Assembly (NCBI GenBank): GCA_002499085.1
Contig: DAKD01000027.1
Span: 12,324 to 76,323 of the forward strand
Source: Methanomassiliicoccales archaeon UBA280
Lineage (GTDB): Archaea; Thermoplasmatota; Thermoplasmata; SG8-5
DNA: 64,000 nt
Direction of reading: 5' to 3'
Under the pieces are notes generated by a model, which was given only the letters and a program-made list of their open reading frames with translations, did not search any database and was not told where the DNA came from. The translations under genes and the position numbers were made by a program. This document shows positions 9,729-19,796 of the stretch, piece by piece; within the stretch, counting starts at the first letter, position 1; every line of letters begins with the position of its first letter.

Positions 9729-11072
9729 ATGGACGAGAAGGAGCTTTTGGAGAGGGCCAAGCGCCCCGGCAAGGCCGCAATGGCCTGGCACCCTTTCTAC
9801 AGGGGCAAGATGGAAGTGATTCCCAAGTGCCGGGTTAGGGACTTCTCCGATTTCGGTGTCTGGTACACTCCGGGGGTCGCCGAGCCCTGCAACGACATTG
9901 CAGCGCATCCCGAGAGGGTTTTCGAGCACACCAACAGATGGAATTACATCGCTGTGGCCAGCAACGGCACAAGGGTTCTGGGCCTCGGGGACATAGGCCC
10001 TCTGGCCGGCTATCCGGTGATGGAGGGCAAGGCCCTGCTGTTCAAGTATCTCGGCGGCGTTGATTCCACTGCCCTCATGATCGACGCCAAGGACCCGGAG
10101 AGGTTCATAGATACCGTGAAGGCAGTCGCGCCCACCTTCGGGGGAATCAATCTCGAGGACATACGGACTCCGGATTGCTTTTACATCCTGGACAGGCTGA
10201 GGAAGGAGCTGGACATTCCAGTTTGGCATGACGACCAGCAGGGCACGGCCGCGATAACTCTTGCCGGAATCATCAACGGCCTGAAGGTCGCCGGAAAGAG
10301 ACTTCCCGAAGCGCGCATCACCCTGGTCGGGGCCGGGGCGGCCAACATATGCCTGGCATTGACGCTGATGAAGGCCGGCGCTTCGCCCGGAAAGATCGTA
10401 ATCGCGGACAGCAAGGGCACGCTCCATTCCGGGAGAAAGGACCTTGAAACTGATAAAAAGAATCCGAAGAAATGGGAGCTGGCCCAAAAGACGAATTCCG
10501 AAGGAGTCGCGGGGGACATTGCAGCTGCCCTGAAAGGCGCGGACGTTCTTGTCTCGGCTTCCAAGCCCGGCCCGGGCACTATCAAGAAGGAATGGCTCGG
10601 GGGCATGGCCCACAACCCGGTTGTCTTCGCCGAGGCAAATCCCGTTCCCGAGACCTGGCCCTGGGAGGCCAAGGAAGTCGGGGTCAGGATATTCGGCACC
10701 GGCCGGTCGGATTTCCCGAACCAGGTCAACAATTCAATCGGATTCCCGGGCATCTTCAGGGGGACCCTGGATGTAAGAGCCAGCACAATCACGGATGAAA
10801 TGCACATTGCAGCGGCCCATTCAATAGCAAAAACAGCCGAGGAAAAAGGCCTGCGCGAGGATTATCTTGTTCCCACGATGGATGAAATTTCGGTATTCAT
10901 CAACACCGCGGTTGCAGTGGCCGAGAAGGCCATGGAGCAGGGCGTCGCCGGGTTGAAAAGGTCGCGCCAGGACCTGCGGGAGACGGCTGAGTTTCTCATC
11001 ACCACGTCAAGGGAAAAGACCAATTTGATGATGGATAATGGCTTCATCCTGGAGCCGCCTGAAACGGATTAG
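9729..11072 (+). CDS. NAD(P)-dependent malic enzyme
   Basis: Supporting motifs: VWYTPGVAEPC, LGLGDIGPLAGYPVMEGKALLFK, GGINLEDI, VWHDDQQGTA and the Rossmann motif GAGAAN. The ATG at 9729 lies downstream of TATA-like CTATAAAAAC. The ORF-track start at 9687 is a TTG. Confidence 0.9.
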   Translation: MDEKELLERAKRPGKAAMAWHPFYRGKMEVIPKCRVRDFSDFGVWYTPGVAEPCNDIAAHPERVFEHTNRWNYIAVASNGTRVLGLGDIGPLAGYPVMEGKALLFKYLGGVDSTALMIDAKDPERFIDTVKAVAPTFGGINLEDIRTPDCFYILDRLRKELDIPVWHDDQQGTAAITLAGIINGLKVAGKRLPEARITLVGAGAANICLALTLMKAGASPGKIVIADSKGTLHSGRKDLETDKKNPKKWELAQKTNSEGVAGDIAAALKGADVLVSASKPGPGTIKKEWLGGMAHNPVVFAEANPVPETWPWEAKEVGVRIFGTGRSDFPNQVNNSIGFPGIFRGTLDVRASTITDEMHIAAAHSIAKTAEEKGLREDYLVPTMDEISVFINTAVAVAEKAMEQGVAGLKRSRQDLRETAEFLITTSREKTNLMMDNGFILEPPETD

Positions 11073-13825
11073 AGGGACCTACGCCGGCGCAGGAAATAGG
11101 CGAATACTGCCGCAGCGATAAAAATCGCCGCGACTGTAATTGTGATCTCTGTTGGGGACAGCGAGATTTGGGATGGGGGCGGTTCCTCGGGAGGTGCAGC
11201 GTCCACTATCTGCAATGTGCACCGGTTCTGCCCCTGAATGGTTCCGTTCGCCGGATGCACGGCTACGGCTGTCAGCAAATACTCGATGACGGAGCCGTCG
11301 TTGTCAGGCAGGTCCGTAGCCGTGACAGTGAACCTTGCCCTGCCATCCGCATCTGTATCCTGATACATAGGTTCGACCATCGGTACTGCCGGGGACGCTG
11401 CCAGGGCGACAGAAGCCCCGCTGACGCTTGCCCCGTCCTGGTCTGTGACAAACACATCAACATAGGTGAAGCCCAATGTTCCGTCCTCGGAGATGTCGGG
11501 GCTGATTATGTCCGGGTCCGCAGACATCATGGCCGACAGGAAAGGCCTGCCTGCCGGATAAACGCGGATGAGTATCTGTCTGCTCGGGGCGTCTTCATAC
11601 TCCCAGTCGGACGGGTCAGTGTACTTGGCCTTGACAATCTGGATTATCGCCTCAGTCCCGTTGGCCTGGGCATCAGGGTCTGTCGGGTCGGCCCACGGTG
11701 CCGTGAAAATCACAGTCAGCTTCCCGGTAGATGAGGTGACACCGGTTTCGATTGATAGGGTTCCGACTGAGGCCGAGAGCTGGACAATGGCGCCTTCCAC
11801 GGGGTTGGCGTTCTCGTCCTTGACTAGCACCGCCAGGGAAGAAGCGGAGCCCGAGATCACAGCCGAGGGCGGGGAAACAAACTGCGCGACCAACTTATGC
11901 GGGTTTGGACCCCTGATGGCCCTTAGAGACTGTATGTTGAATACTGAACCTGCATCGCTCTGCCAGCCTGTGAACCGGTCCGAGCGAAGAGCCTCGATGT
12001 TGGTTTTGTAGTGTAGCACATCATAGGGGAGGTCGTTGCATACCGCTGCCTGGGCCTCGAATATCGCAGCCTTTCTGACAGTGTCGTTGTCTGACGACCT
12101 GGCCAATTCTACCGCGGAGTCGAAGCTCGAGTTCCTGTATCCTGCATGGTTCAACCCGACGTCCACACTCTCAGAGTGGAAGAGGCTGTATAGGAATTCC
12201 GGAGGCTCTGAATCTATATTGGTCCGGGACATGCACATGTCGAAATCCCCGGACAGCATCCTGTCCTCTATGGAGCGGATGTCCATCGCAACCGAGTTGG
12301 TATATATGCCTACGTCCCTGAACTGGTTGGCAATCATCAACCCGGGCTGGGCACATATCGGGTCATAATTGGCCTCGGGAGTGAGCATCTCGATTAGGCC
12401 GCCTGCGCCGCTGCCTATGGGTGTGCCGTCGGGATTCATCCACCATTTTCCATTCCCGGCCGCGGCAATGGCCTCGGCGCCGGAGAGCAGAGTTCCAGAG
12501 CTGTTGACCTTGTATCCCGCATTCGCCAGGATGTTCTTCGCCTCCTGCGGGTCAAAGCTGTACTTCCGTATGCTCTGGTTGTACCATGGGCTGATAGAGC
12601 TGATTGTGCCTTCGCCCGCGATTCCCGTGCACAGAAGCAGTCTCTGGACGATTGTGTTTTTGTCTATGCAATGGGCCATGGCCCTGCGCAGGGGCTTTCC
12701 TGCATCCGAGCCGGCCGTGTCGTATCCAAACGAACACCGTCCCATGTTGTATGCCAGATGGGTGAAGCTCTCGTCGAAGCTTTGGTATAGCGATATTCCG
12801 GGCTCGTTAGCGAGTTCCTGGATGAACGTTGGGGGCACTGACCATGCGATGTAATCGGTGTTGTTGCTCTTCAGCGCCAGCACCGCCGACTCCGCCGTCC
12901 TGAACGACCTGAACATGATGCCGCCCACATGCGACTGCTCGGCGAGGGAGCGCCCCCATTCGTCATGGCAGAAGTCTTCGTACGCGAAACCGGGCCCGAA
13001 GAAATGCGCGCGCCAGGCTGTGAGATTCGTGTAATCCCCTGAGGCATTAGCCCATTTGAAAATCCCGCTACCTATGGGATTCGGATTGGAAAATTCGCTG
13101 GCTGCCGAGAGGTGCCAGGAATCATATGAATCCGGAACGTAACCCGAATCGCACCATATCTTAGCGTGGTCAACGGCCTGGCCAGACGCGGCACCCGCCC
13201 ACACATGTTCGGGTAGCAGCCTTACTGCAAGCGTTCGGTTGAAGAACTGCCAGTAGGGGACCTGGAGTGTGAACTTCAGCGCGGCTTTTGTTCCGTTCTC
13301 CCAGAGTTTCTCGATGCCCAGGCCGTGCGTGATGCTGTAATCACCCTCCATCAGGCAGCGCATATCGCCCCTGGATTCGGGTAACTGAGCCGCCACATGG
13401 TAGCTAAAGAGGATGTCCCTGATATCCATCTGATGGCCGTCATGCCACATTACATTCGTGAAGTCGTAGAATATCACTGCCTCGGGGTGCGAAGAATCTG
13501 TCCATGTCGATTTGGGGGAATATCCGAAATTGCCAATCTCGCAGCCGGACCAGTCCGTTCCGAGACCTGTGGAATTGGCCGAGCCCACTGCGATGTAAGG
13601 TCTTATTTTACCTTCATCATCCAAGAAAACCGGCGTGTCATAGATCCACCGGGTCATCAGATGCGTCCAGTGGTCGATGCCGGTGTAGAAGGGGTTGGTG
13701 CTCTGGAGTTCGCCCTGCACCGCGACCCTGAGTATGAGCCCGTCCTCGGCCTGGGAGCTGGCCGGAGCCGGCACTATCGCTGCCGCGACCAGAAAAAATG
13801 CCACGAGGGGGGCGGCCCACCTCAT
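11069..13825 (-). CDS. family-5 (Opp/Dpp-type) solute-binding protein paralog 1 with Ig-like C-terminal extension and TM anchor
   Basis: 918 aa. It has a signal peptide, an SBP_bac_5-like body (...AGYKV..., WWMNPDGTPIG, FDMCMSRTNI) and an intimin/Big-like segment (VLVKDENANPVEGAIVQLSASVGTLS). The C-terminus is hydrophobic, ending in RRRRSL. Its start overlaps the upstream stop by 4 nt. Confidence 0.8.
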   Translation of the reverse strand: MRWAAPLVAFFLVAAAIVPAPASSQAEDGLILRVAVQGELQSTNPFYTGIDHWTHLMTRWIYDTPVFLDDEGKIRPYIAVGSANSTGLGTDWSGCEIGNFGYSPKSTWTDSSHPEAVIFYDFTNVMWHDGHQMDIRDILFSYHVAAQLPESRGDMRCLMEGDYSITHGLGIEKLWENGTKAALKFTLQVPYWQFFNRTLAVRLLPEHVWAGAASGQAVDHAKIWCDSGYVPDSYDSWHLSAASEFSNPNPIGSGIFKWANASGDYTNLTAWRAHFFGPGFAYEDFCHDEWGRSLAEQSHVGGIMFRSFRTAESAVLALKSNNTDYIAWSVPPTFIQELANEPGISLYQSFDESFTHLAYNMGRCSFGYDTAGSDAGKPLRRAMAHCIDKNTIVQRLLLCTGIAGEGTISSISPWYNQSIRKYSFDPQEAKNILANAGYKVNSSGTLLSGAEAIAAAGNGKWWMNPDGTPIGSGAGGLIEMLTPEANYDPICAQPGLMIANQFRDVGIYTNSVAMDIRSIEDRMLSGDFDMCMSRTNIDSEPPEFLYSLFHSESVDVGLNHAGYRNSSFDSAVELARSSDNDTVRKAAIFEAQAAVCNDLPYDVLHYKTNIEALRSDRFTGWQSDAGSVFNIQSLRAIRGPNPHKLVAQFVSPPSAVISGSASSLAVLVKDENANPVEGAIVQLSASVGTLSIETGVTSSTGKLTVIFTAPWADPTDPDAQANGTEAIIQIVKAKYTDPSDWEYEDAPSRQILIRVYPAGRPFLSAMMSADPDIISPDISEDGTLGFTYVDVFVTDQDGASVSGASVALAASPAVPMVEPMYQDTDADGRARFTVTATDLPDNDGSVIEYLLTAVAVHPANGTIQGQNRCTLQIVDAAPPEEPPPSQISLSPTEITITVAAIFIAAAVFAYFLRRRRSL

Positions 13826-16590
13826 GCTTTCTTCCTCCGCTTGAGCATGTAGCCGAAGGCTGCGGCCGCGACGAAGATTGCCGCGAGGGTGAATGTTATT
13901 TCTGCCGGCGACAGCCCCGAGTCCGACCCGGGGGGCGGTTCTGTGTACAAGTCAACCACCGTGATGGATATCGTGTTTTCGCCTTGGATGTGTGTGTCGG
14001 TCGGATGAATGGCAATTGCCGATAAGGAATACTCGGCCACAGTCCCGCCCGAACCGGAAATGTTGCCGACCGTCACCCTGAACCTTGCCCTGCCTTCCGC
14101 ATCTGTGCGCTGGTCAGCAGGCTCGATGTCTATAACCGCCGGGGAGGCACTGAGCCCCACATTCGCATTTTCCACCGGAACGCCATCTTGGTTGACGACG
14201 AGCACATCAACATAGGTGAAGCCGGGTGTGCCACCGATGTCCGAGTCTATCACATCCGGGTCTGCTGTCAGGGATACTGAAAGGAACTCGGCCCCCTCCG
14301 GGAAGACCTTGACAAGGGTTATCCGGCTGGGCGCCGGTTCGTACACAACATATTCGGGCGAGACATAGGTCGCATACTCTATGCTGATAAGCGCGCCGGA
14401 GCCGTTTATGACAGAGTCTATGTCGTTCGGGTCAGAATATGGAGCCGTGTAAGTAACAGTCAGCTTCCCGGTCGATGAGGTGTTGCCGAACTCCTGGGAC
14501 AGCGCGCCGGCGGTCGCGTTCAGCTTCACCCCGGCCCCTTCCAGGGGATTGCCGTCCTGGTCCCTGACATATACAGTTATCTGGGTCGTGGAATTGGATA
14601 GGACGGCCGAGGGCGGGCTCATGAACTGGGCGATGACCTTCCACGGCCCGGGAGCGTGGATGTTGTACAGGGACTGCAAGTTGAATATCGAGCCTTTGTC
14701 GCCCACGACCCAGCCTGTGAACCTGTCCGAACGGTAAGCCTCGATGTTGGTCCTGTAATACAGAACGTCGTAAGGCAGGTCATAGCAAATCGCGGCCTGC
14801 GCGTCCAGTATGGCTTTCTTCTTCACGGCCGGGTCGCCCGTGCTCCTGGCCAGGTCGATGAGCGCGTCGAAGGAGGCATTGTTGTACCCGGGGTAGTTCT
14901 GGCCCACATCGGCATTATCGGAGTGGAAGAACGCGTGCAGGTAGTCGGCCGGCTCGGAGCCGATGCTCCAGCCCAGGATGTACATGTCGAAGTCCCTTTC
15001 GTCAATCCTGTCGACGATTGAGCCGAAGTCCATTGCCACTGATTGGGCATAGATTCCGATGTCGCGTAGTTGCTCAGCAATAATCGCTGGCCGCTGATAG
15101 CTGATTGGGTCATAGTGTCCTTCGGGAGTCAATATATCAATCAGGCCGCCAGATGAGCTCCCTATGTTCGATCCATCCGGATTCAGCCACCAGTTGCCGT
15201 TCCTGGCTTTTGTCACGTCGGCAAGCCCCGTGGTTGAATTGATGCTGCCGTCAGTCAGTTTATACCCTGCGTCGGCCAGTATCTGCTTGGCCTTCTCCGG
15301 GTCGAAATCATAGGTCGGGACCGAGGAATTGTACCATTCGCTGAACGGTGACACCGGCCCTGTGCCGGCCACCCCAAGGTTCAGAAGATCTCTTTGGACA
15401 ATTCTCTGCTTGTCTATGCAATGCGCAATCGCCCGGCGCAACGGCTTACCCACATCCTCACCTGTCTCGTTGTACCCGAAGGATTTCCTCCTCATGTTAT
15501 AGGCCAGGTAGAAGAAGCCTTTCTCGGGGTTCTGCTGGAGGGCTATGCCGGGCTCGTTGGCCAGCTCCTGCACGTATGTCGGCGGCACAGACCAGGCAAT
15601 GTAATCTATATCGTCGGATTTCAGGGCCAGGACCGCGGCTTCGGCCGTCCTGAATATCTTGTATGTGACCGCGTCTATCTCGGGCTGCTTGGCATCCGAG
15701 CGGCCGTATTCATCGGTTCCGACATAGTCCCTGTACTTGTAATCCTCACTGAAGAAATGGTCGCGCCATGTGGATATCTTTATCGTGTGGCCGACCTCGT
15801 GGAATTCAAACTTGAAAGGGCCGCTTCCTATGCATGCGGCATTCTCGTATGCCTGGGCCGGCGCCGCAAGCCAGGGGTTCGAAAGGTAATCCGTGTCGCA
15901 CCATATCTTGGCGCCGGATAGCTGGCCTGCTGCAACTGTGTTCCATATGTGCTCGGGCAACAGGAATGTGGATATCGTGGACCTGAAGAAGTCGGCGAAC
16001 GGCTCCTGGACCTGGAACCTGAGCGCGGCCTGCAACCCATCGGCGCTCTCCCAGACCTTGTAAACATGCAGCCATCCAATAGCCGAGAAATTCGAACCGA
16101 TGGCGCCCCCATTGGCCTTCAGCGGGTTCATTGAGCCGGACCAATCCGGAATCTGGGCCGCAAGATGCATCGAGAACATGATGTCCCTGACTGTCATCTG
16201 CACGCCGTCATGCCATGTAATATTCGTGAAATCGTAGAATAGTATGGCTTCCTGCTTCGTCTGGTTCTGCCAGACATTCTTCGGGCTGTAGCCGAAGTTC
16301 CCGATCGCGCAGTCAGCCCAGGAATCGGCTTTACCCGAGACATTGGCCGAGCCCACCGCGATGTACGGGACTATCTCGTCAGTGTCCGGGTCGGTGTTGA
16401 TGGGGTCGTCGAAGATGTAGCTGAGCACGTTCCAGGACCAGACGTCGCCCACGATCAGGGGGTTGGTGCCCTTCATGTCGTCCTGCATGGCGACCCGCAG
16501 TATGAGCTCCGAATCCTGGGAGCTGGCGAGGCCGGGTGCAAGTGTCCCGGCGAGCATCAGCAGAGCCGCGGCGAACACGAGAATCCTCAT
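13822..16590 (-). CDS. family-5 solute-binding protein paralog 2 with Ig-like extension and TM anchor
   Basis: 922 aa, colinear with paralogs 1 and 3 (FDMYILGWSIGSEP, WWLNPDGSNIG). It has a signal peptide and a C-terminal TM segment ending in KRRKKA. ATGA overlaps occur at both junctions. Confidence 0.8.
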   Translation of the reverse strand: MRILVFAAALLMLAGTLAPGLASSQDSELILRVAMQDDMKGTNPLIVGDVWSWNVLSYIFDDPINTDPDTDEIVPYIAVGSANVSGKADSWADCAIGNFGYSPKNVWQNQTKQEAILFYDFTNITWHDGVQMTVRDIMFSMHLAAQIPDWSGSMNPLKANGGAIGSNFSAIGWLHVYKVWESADGLQAALRFQVQEPFADFFRSTISTFLLPEHIWNTVAAGQLSGAKIWCDTDYLSNPWLAAPAQAYENAACIGSGPFKFEFHEVGHTIKISTWRDHFFSEDYKYRDYVGTDEYGRSDAKQPEIDAVTYKIFRTAEAAVLALKSDDIDYIAWSVPPTYVQELANEPGIALQQNPEKGFFYLAYNMRRKSFGYNETGEDVGKPLRRAIAHCIDKQRIVQRDLLNLGVAGTGPVSPFSEWYNSSVPTYDFDPEKAKQILADAGYKLTDGSINSTTGLADVTKARNGNWWLNPDGSNIGSSSGGLIDILTPEGHYDPISYQRPAIIAEQLRDIGIYAQSVAMDFGSIVDRIDERDFDMYILGWSIGSEPADYLHAFFHSDNADVGQNYPGYNNASFDALIDLARSTGDPAVKKKAILDAQAAICYDLPYDVLYYRTNIEAYRSDRFTGWVVGDKGSIFNLQSLYNIHAPGPWKVIAQFMSPPSAVLSNSTTQITVYVRDQDGNPLEGAGVKLNATAGALSQEFGNTSSTGKLTVTYTAPYSDPNDIDSVINGSGALISIEYATYVSPEYVVYEPAPSRITLVKVFPEGAEFLSVSLTADPDVIDSDIGGTPGFTYVDVLVVNQDGVPVENANVGLSASPAVIDIEPADQRTDAEGRARFRVTVGNISGSGGTVAEYSLSAIAIHPTDTHIQGENTISITVVDLYTEPPPGSDSGLSPAEITFTLAAIFVAAAAFGYMLKRRKKA

Positions 16591-19343
16591 TTCCTCTTCC
16601 TCCTAGCAATTACGTAGGCCAGGACAGCCAAAACAGCCGCTGCGGCTAACGCAATCATCGGGGCGCTAAGCCCGCCGGTCACTTCGGCAGTTCCGGCCGC
16701 CTCCCTGTCCAGCACCAGGAGAGTCATGTATCCCTCGGTCCGCATCGCATCGGGAGAGTCTGAGCTCCTGGCCTGTGCTGTGAGTGTGAATTCTCCGACC
16801 GAGCCGTCATCCGCTGAAAGGTTTGCCGCCGTCACTGTGAACGTTGCCTTCCCGTCCTGGCTGGCAGTTGCCCCGGAAGGAGTTATCGCAAGGGTGCCGG
16901 ATGAGTCTGTCAGGTTCACCAGGGCATAGGGCACAGGATAGTTGTCCTGGTCTGTCACTTCCACGACAATGTTGGTGAAGCCGGGGGTTGTTCTGTCATC
17001 GCCCAGGTCGTCGATTATGTCAGGGTCCGCTGTTATCCGGAGGTTCAGGAACTGCGCTTCCTCGGGGTAGACAGTGACGAGGATGAACCTGGGCGGAGAG
17101 GGAGCGTATTTCAGATCCGGCACGGCCGCTGACGTGATCTGGATGAAGGCCTGGCTGCCGTTATCGATGTTGTCCTGTGTCGGGGGGACATACGGCGCCT
17201 TGAACGTTGTGGTGAAAGTCCCGTCCGCGCCCGATGCCCCAGTTTCCGGACTGAGTGCCCCCATTGTCGTGTCCATGCTCAATGATGCACCTCCCATGGG
17301 CTGGCCTTGGCCGTCTATCAGCGATATTGACAGCTGCGTGCTGGAATTGGAGAACACTGCCAGCTTCGGTTCCATGAATCTCGCGTACAGGGCGAACAGG
17401 GGTTTCGGCCTAAGGTTGACTATCGAGTCCCTGTTGAACACATTGCCGTTCTGCATTATCCAGCCGATGAAGCTGTCCGTCCTGGCGGGTAGAATCGAAC
17501 TGCGGAAATAAAGAACATCGAAAGGCAGGTCATACACCAGTGCTGCCTGGGCGTCCATTATGTACTTCCTCCTCAGGTCGTCATCCCCCGTCCTCCTGGC
17601 CATGTCAACAAGCTGGTCGAATGTGCGGTTCTGGTAGCCGGGATAATTCTCTCCTATTTCGGCATTGCTTGAGTGACAGAAAGCGTATATGAAATCGCTC
17701 GGGTCGGAGCCTACGTTCCAGCCCAGAACATACATGTCGAAATTCCTTTCGATAATACGGTCGACGATGGAGCCGAAGTCCATGGCTACGGAATATGCAT
17801 TGATGCCTGTGTATCTCAGCTGAAGGGCAATCATCAGTCCGGCCTGGGCCCTGATGGGGTCATAGTTGGCCTCGGGTGTGAGTATGTTGATGCCTCCGCC
17901 TGCTTCGCTGCCTATCGGCATTCCGTCGGGCCGAACCCACCATTTTCCCTCGCCGGCCGCCGCGATTGCTGCATCGCCTGTGAGATACGATGTCCCGTCG
18001 AAGACCATGTATCCTGCATCGGCCAGAATCTGCTTTGCCTTTGCAGGGTTGAAATCATATGTCGGCAGGCTCGTGTTGTACAACTCGCTCCCCGGGTTTA
18101 CCGGGCCGTTGCCGGCCACGCCGTGGCACAATAGGAGCCTCTCTATAATCTTCTGCTTGTCTATGCAGTGGGCCATCGCCCTCCTGAGGGGCTTGCCCGC
18201 ATCCCCCAGCGATGCGTTGCCGTCCTGATATCCGAAGGATGTCCTGCGCATGTTGTACGCCATGTAGAAGAAACCATTCTCCGGAATCGCATAAAGAGAC
18301 ACGCCGTTCATGCGGCTGAATTCCCGAATGAATGTGGGCGGGATGGACCAGGAGATAAAATCTATCTCGCCGTTTTCCATGGCCAGGACTGCGGCTTCGG
18401 CTGTCCTGTATATCCTGAACGTCATGGCATCTATCGCAGGTTGGTGAATAGTTCTATTCGGAAAGGCTGCCTCGACATAGGACTTATAGGCGTAATCCAG
18501 AGAGTGGAAATGCTCCCGATACGTGTCCAGCCTGATTATTTGGCCCAGCTCCCAGTATGCGAACTTGAAAAGGCCCGAGCCGACAGGCGGATCGTTCTCG
18601 TATGCCCAGGCCGGCGCCACAAGCCAGGGATTCGAAAGGTAATCCGGGTCGCACCAAATCTTGGCGCCGGAAAGCTGGCCCGAGACGGTATTTCCCCAGA
18701 TATGCCACGGGAACAGTTTGGGGGACGCTGTTACCTTGAAGAAGTTTGCATAGGGTTCCTGAAGAACGAACTTCAATGCGGCCCTGTTACCGCTCTCCCA
18801 GACTTTGTGAATGCACAGCCAGCCCGTCCTGGAGTAATTCGAGACATGCCACTCGCCGCCTCTGTCCTTCAGCGGGTTCATTGACGAGGACCACTCGGGA
18901 ATTTGGCCTGCCAGGTGGAACGAGAACATGATGTCACGTACCGTCATCTGGGTGCCGTCATGCCATGTAACGTTCGTGAAATCGTAGAAGATTATGGCTT
19001 CCTGCTTGCTGGCATTCAGCCATGTATCTTTGGGGCAGTACCCGAAATTGCCCATGGCACAGTCGTCCCAGGATTCTGCCTTCCCCGAATGGTTGGCCGA
19101 GCCCACTGCTATGTAGGGCATGACTTCCTGCGAATCGTAATCCACCAGAACCGGATAATCGTAAATCCATTTCAGGACCATGTCTGACCATGCATCTGTG
19201 GCCACAATCGGGTTCAGCCCCTTGATGTCGTCGTGCATGGCGACCCGCAGAACCAGCTCGCCCCCTGCATCCTGGCCCGAGGCAATAAAAGGCGGAAACA
19301 TCATCATCAGGGCGAATGCTACCGCCAAAGCTCTCCGAATCAT
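16587..19343 (-). CDS. family-5 solute-binding protein paralog 3 with Ig-like extension and TM anchor
   Basis: 918 aa with the same architecture (FDMYVLGWNVGSDP, WWVRPDGMPIG). A TATA-rich promoter module lies immediately upstream at 19371-19437. Confidence 0.8.
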   Translation of the reverse strand: MIRRALAVAFALMMMFPPFIASGQDAGGELVLRVAMHDDIKGLNPIVATDAWSDMVLKWIYDYPVLVDYDSQEVMPYIAVGSANHSGKAESWDDCAMGNFGYCPKDTWLNASKQEAIIFYDFTNVTWHDGTQMTVRDIMFSFHLAGQIPEWSSSMNPLKDRGGEWHVSNYSRTGWLCIHKVWESGNRAALKFVLQEPYANFFKVTASPKLFPWHIWGNTVSGQLSGAKIWCDPDYLSNPWLVAPAWAYENDPPVGSGLFKFAYWELGQIIRLDTYREHFHSLDYAYKSYVEAAFPNRTIHQPAIDAMTFRIYRTAEAAVLAMENGEIDFISWSIPPTFIREFSRMNGVSLYAIPENGFFYMAYNMRRTSFGYQDGNASLGDAGKPLRRAMAHCIDKQKIIERLLLCHGVAGNGPVNPGSELYNTSLPTYDFNPAKAKQILADAGYMVFDGTSYLTGDAAIAAAGEGKWWVRPDGMPIGSEAGGGINILTPEANYDPIRAQAGLMIALQLRYTGINAYSVAMDFGSIVDRIIERNFDMYVLGWNVGSDPSDFIYAFCHSSNAEIGENYPGYQNRTFDQLVDMARRTGDDDLRRKYIMDAQAALVYDLPFDVLYFRSSILPARTDSFIGWIMQNGNVFNRDSIVNLRPKPLFALYARFMEPKLAVFSNSSTQLSISLIDGQGQPMGGASLSMDTTMGALSPETGASGADGTFTTTFKAPYVPPTQDNIDNGSQAFIQITSAAVPDLKYAPSPPRFILVTVYPEEAQFLNLRITADPDIIDDLGDDRTTPGFTNIVVEVTDQDNYPVPYALVNLTDSSGTLAITPSGATASQDGKATFTVTAANLSADDGSVGEFTLTAQARSSDSPDAMRTEGYMTLLVLDREAAGTAEVTGGLSAPMIALAAAAVLAVLAYVIARRKRK

Positions 19344-19385
19344 GTTTTCCCGGCAAAAGCATTCTTTCTGTATATATATAATAAC

Positions 19386-19437
19386 ATTGGTACGGTGTTT
19401 TGTATATTATATAAGTATATTGGTACAACGTTTTGTA
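19386..19437 (-). promoter_or_regulatory. promoter module A: two TACAAAAC-N3-GTACCAAT boxes flanking an AT-rich core, upstream of SBP paralog 3
   Basis: On the plus strand, ATTGGTACGGTGTTTTGTA lies at 19386-19404 and ATTGGTACAACGTTTTGTA at 19419-19437, with starts 33 bp apart. The TATA-like TATATATATAAT lies at 19371-19382, between the boxes and ATG 19343. Confidence 0.55.
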
Positions 19438-19735
19438 GGCGCGCGATGTAATAGCATGACCGAGCGTCCTGTCGAAACTGCGTTTCGACGGATATTTGTT
19501 CACTGCGTTCACAAAATAAGCAGGCGGGCGGATTTTCTTCTTTTGCAGCCATTTTTCTTTTTTGGAGCCCGACTTAACACCTTGGACACCCTGCTAACCA
19601 CATAGATTTTTCGAGCAGGCTTACCAGAGTTTTTTCTATTAATGAATTTTTCTTTTTGACGACGGTAAGCCAGCGGAGAAAAATCTTTCAAAAAGAAAAA
19701 CTCCAGCGCAGCGAGGTTTATAAAAAAGAAGAATG

Positions 19736-19787
19736 GGGGTACAGGCGTTTTGTATATTATATATAATTATTGGTGCAGTGTTTTGTA
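19736..19787 (-). promoter_or_regulatory. promoter module B: second copy of the two-box module, immediately downstream of SBP paralog 4
   Basis: The sequence is GGGGTACAGGCGTTTTGTA-TATTATATATAATT-ATTGGTGCAGTGTTTTGTA. It is colinear with module A, with a few substitutions and a 1-nt indel. Confidence 0.5.
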
Positions 19788-19796
19788 AAGGCCGGG

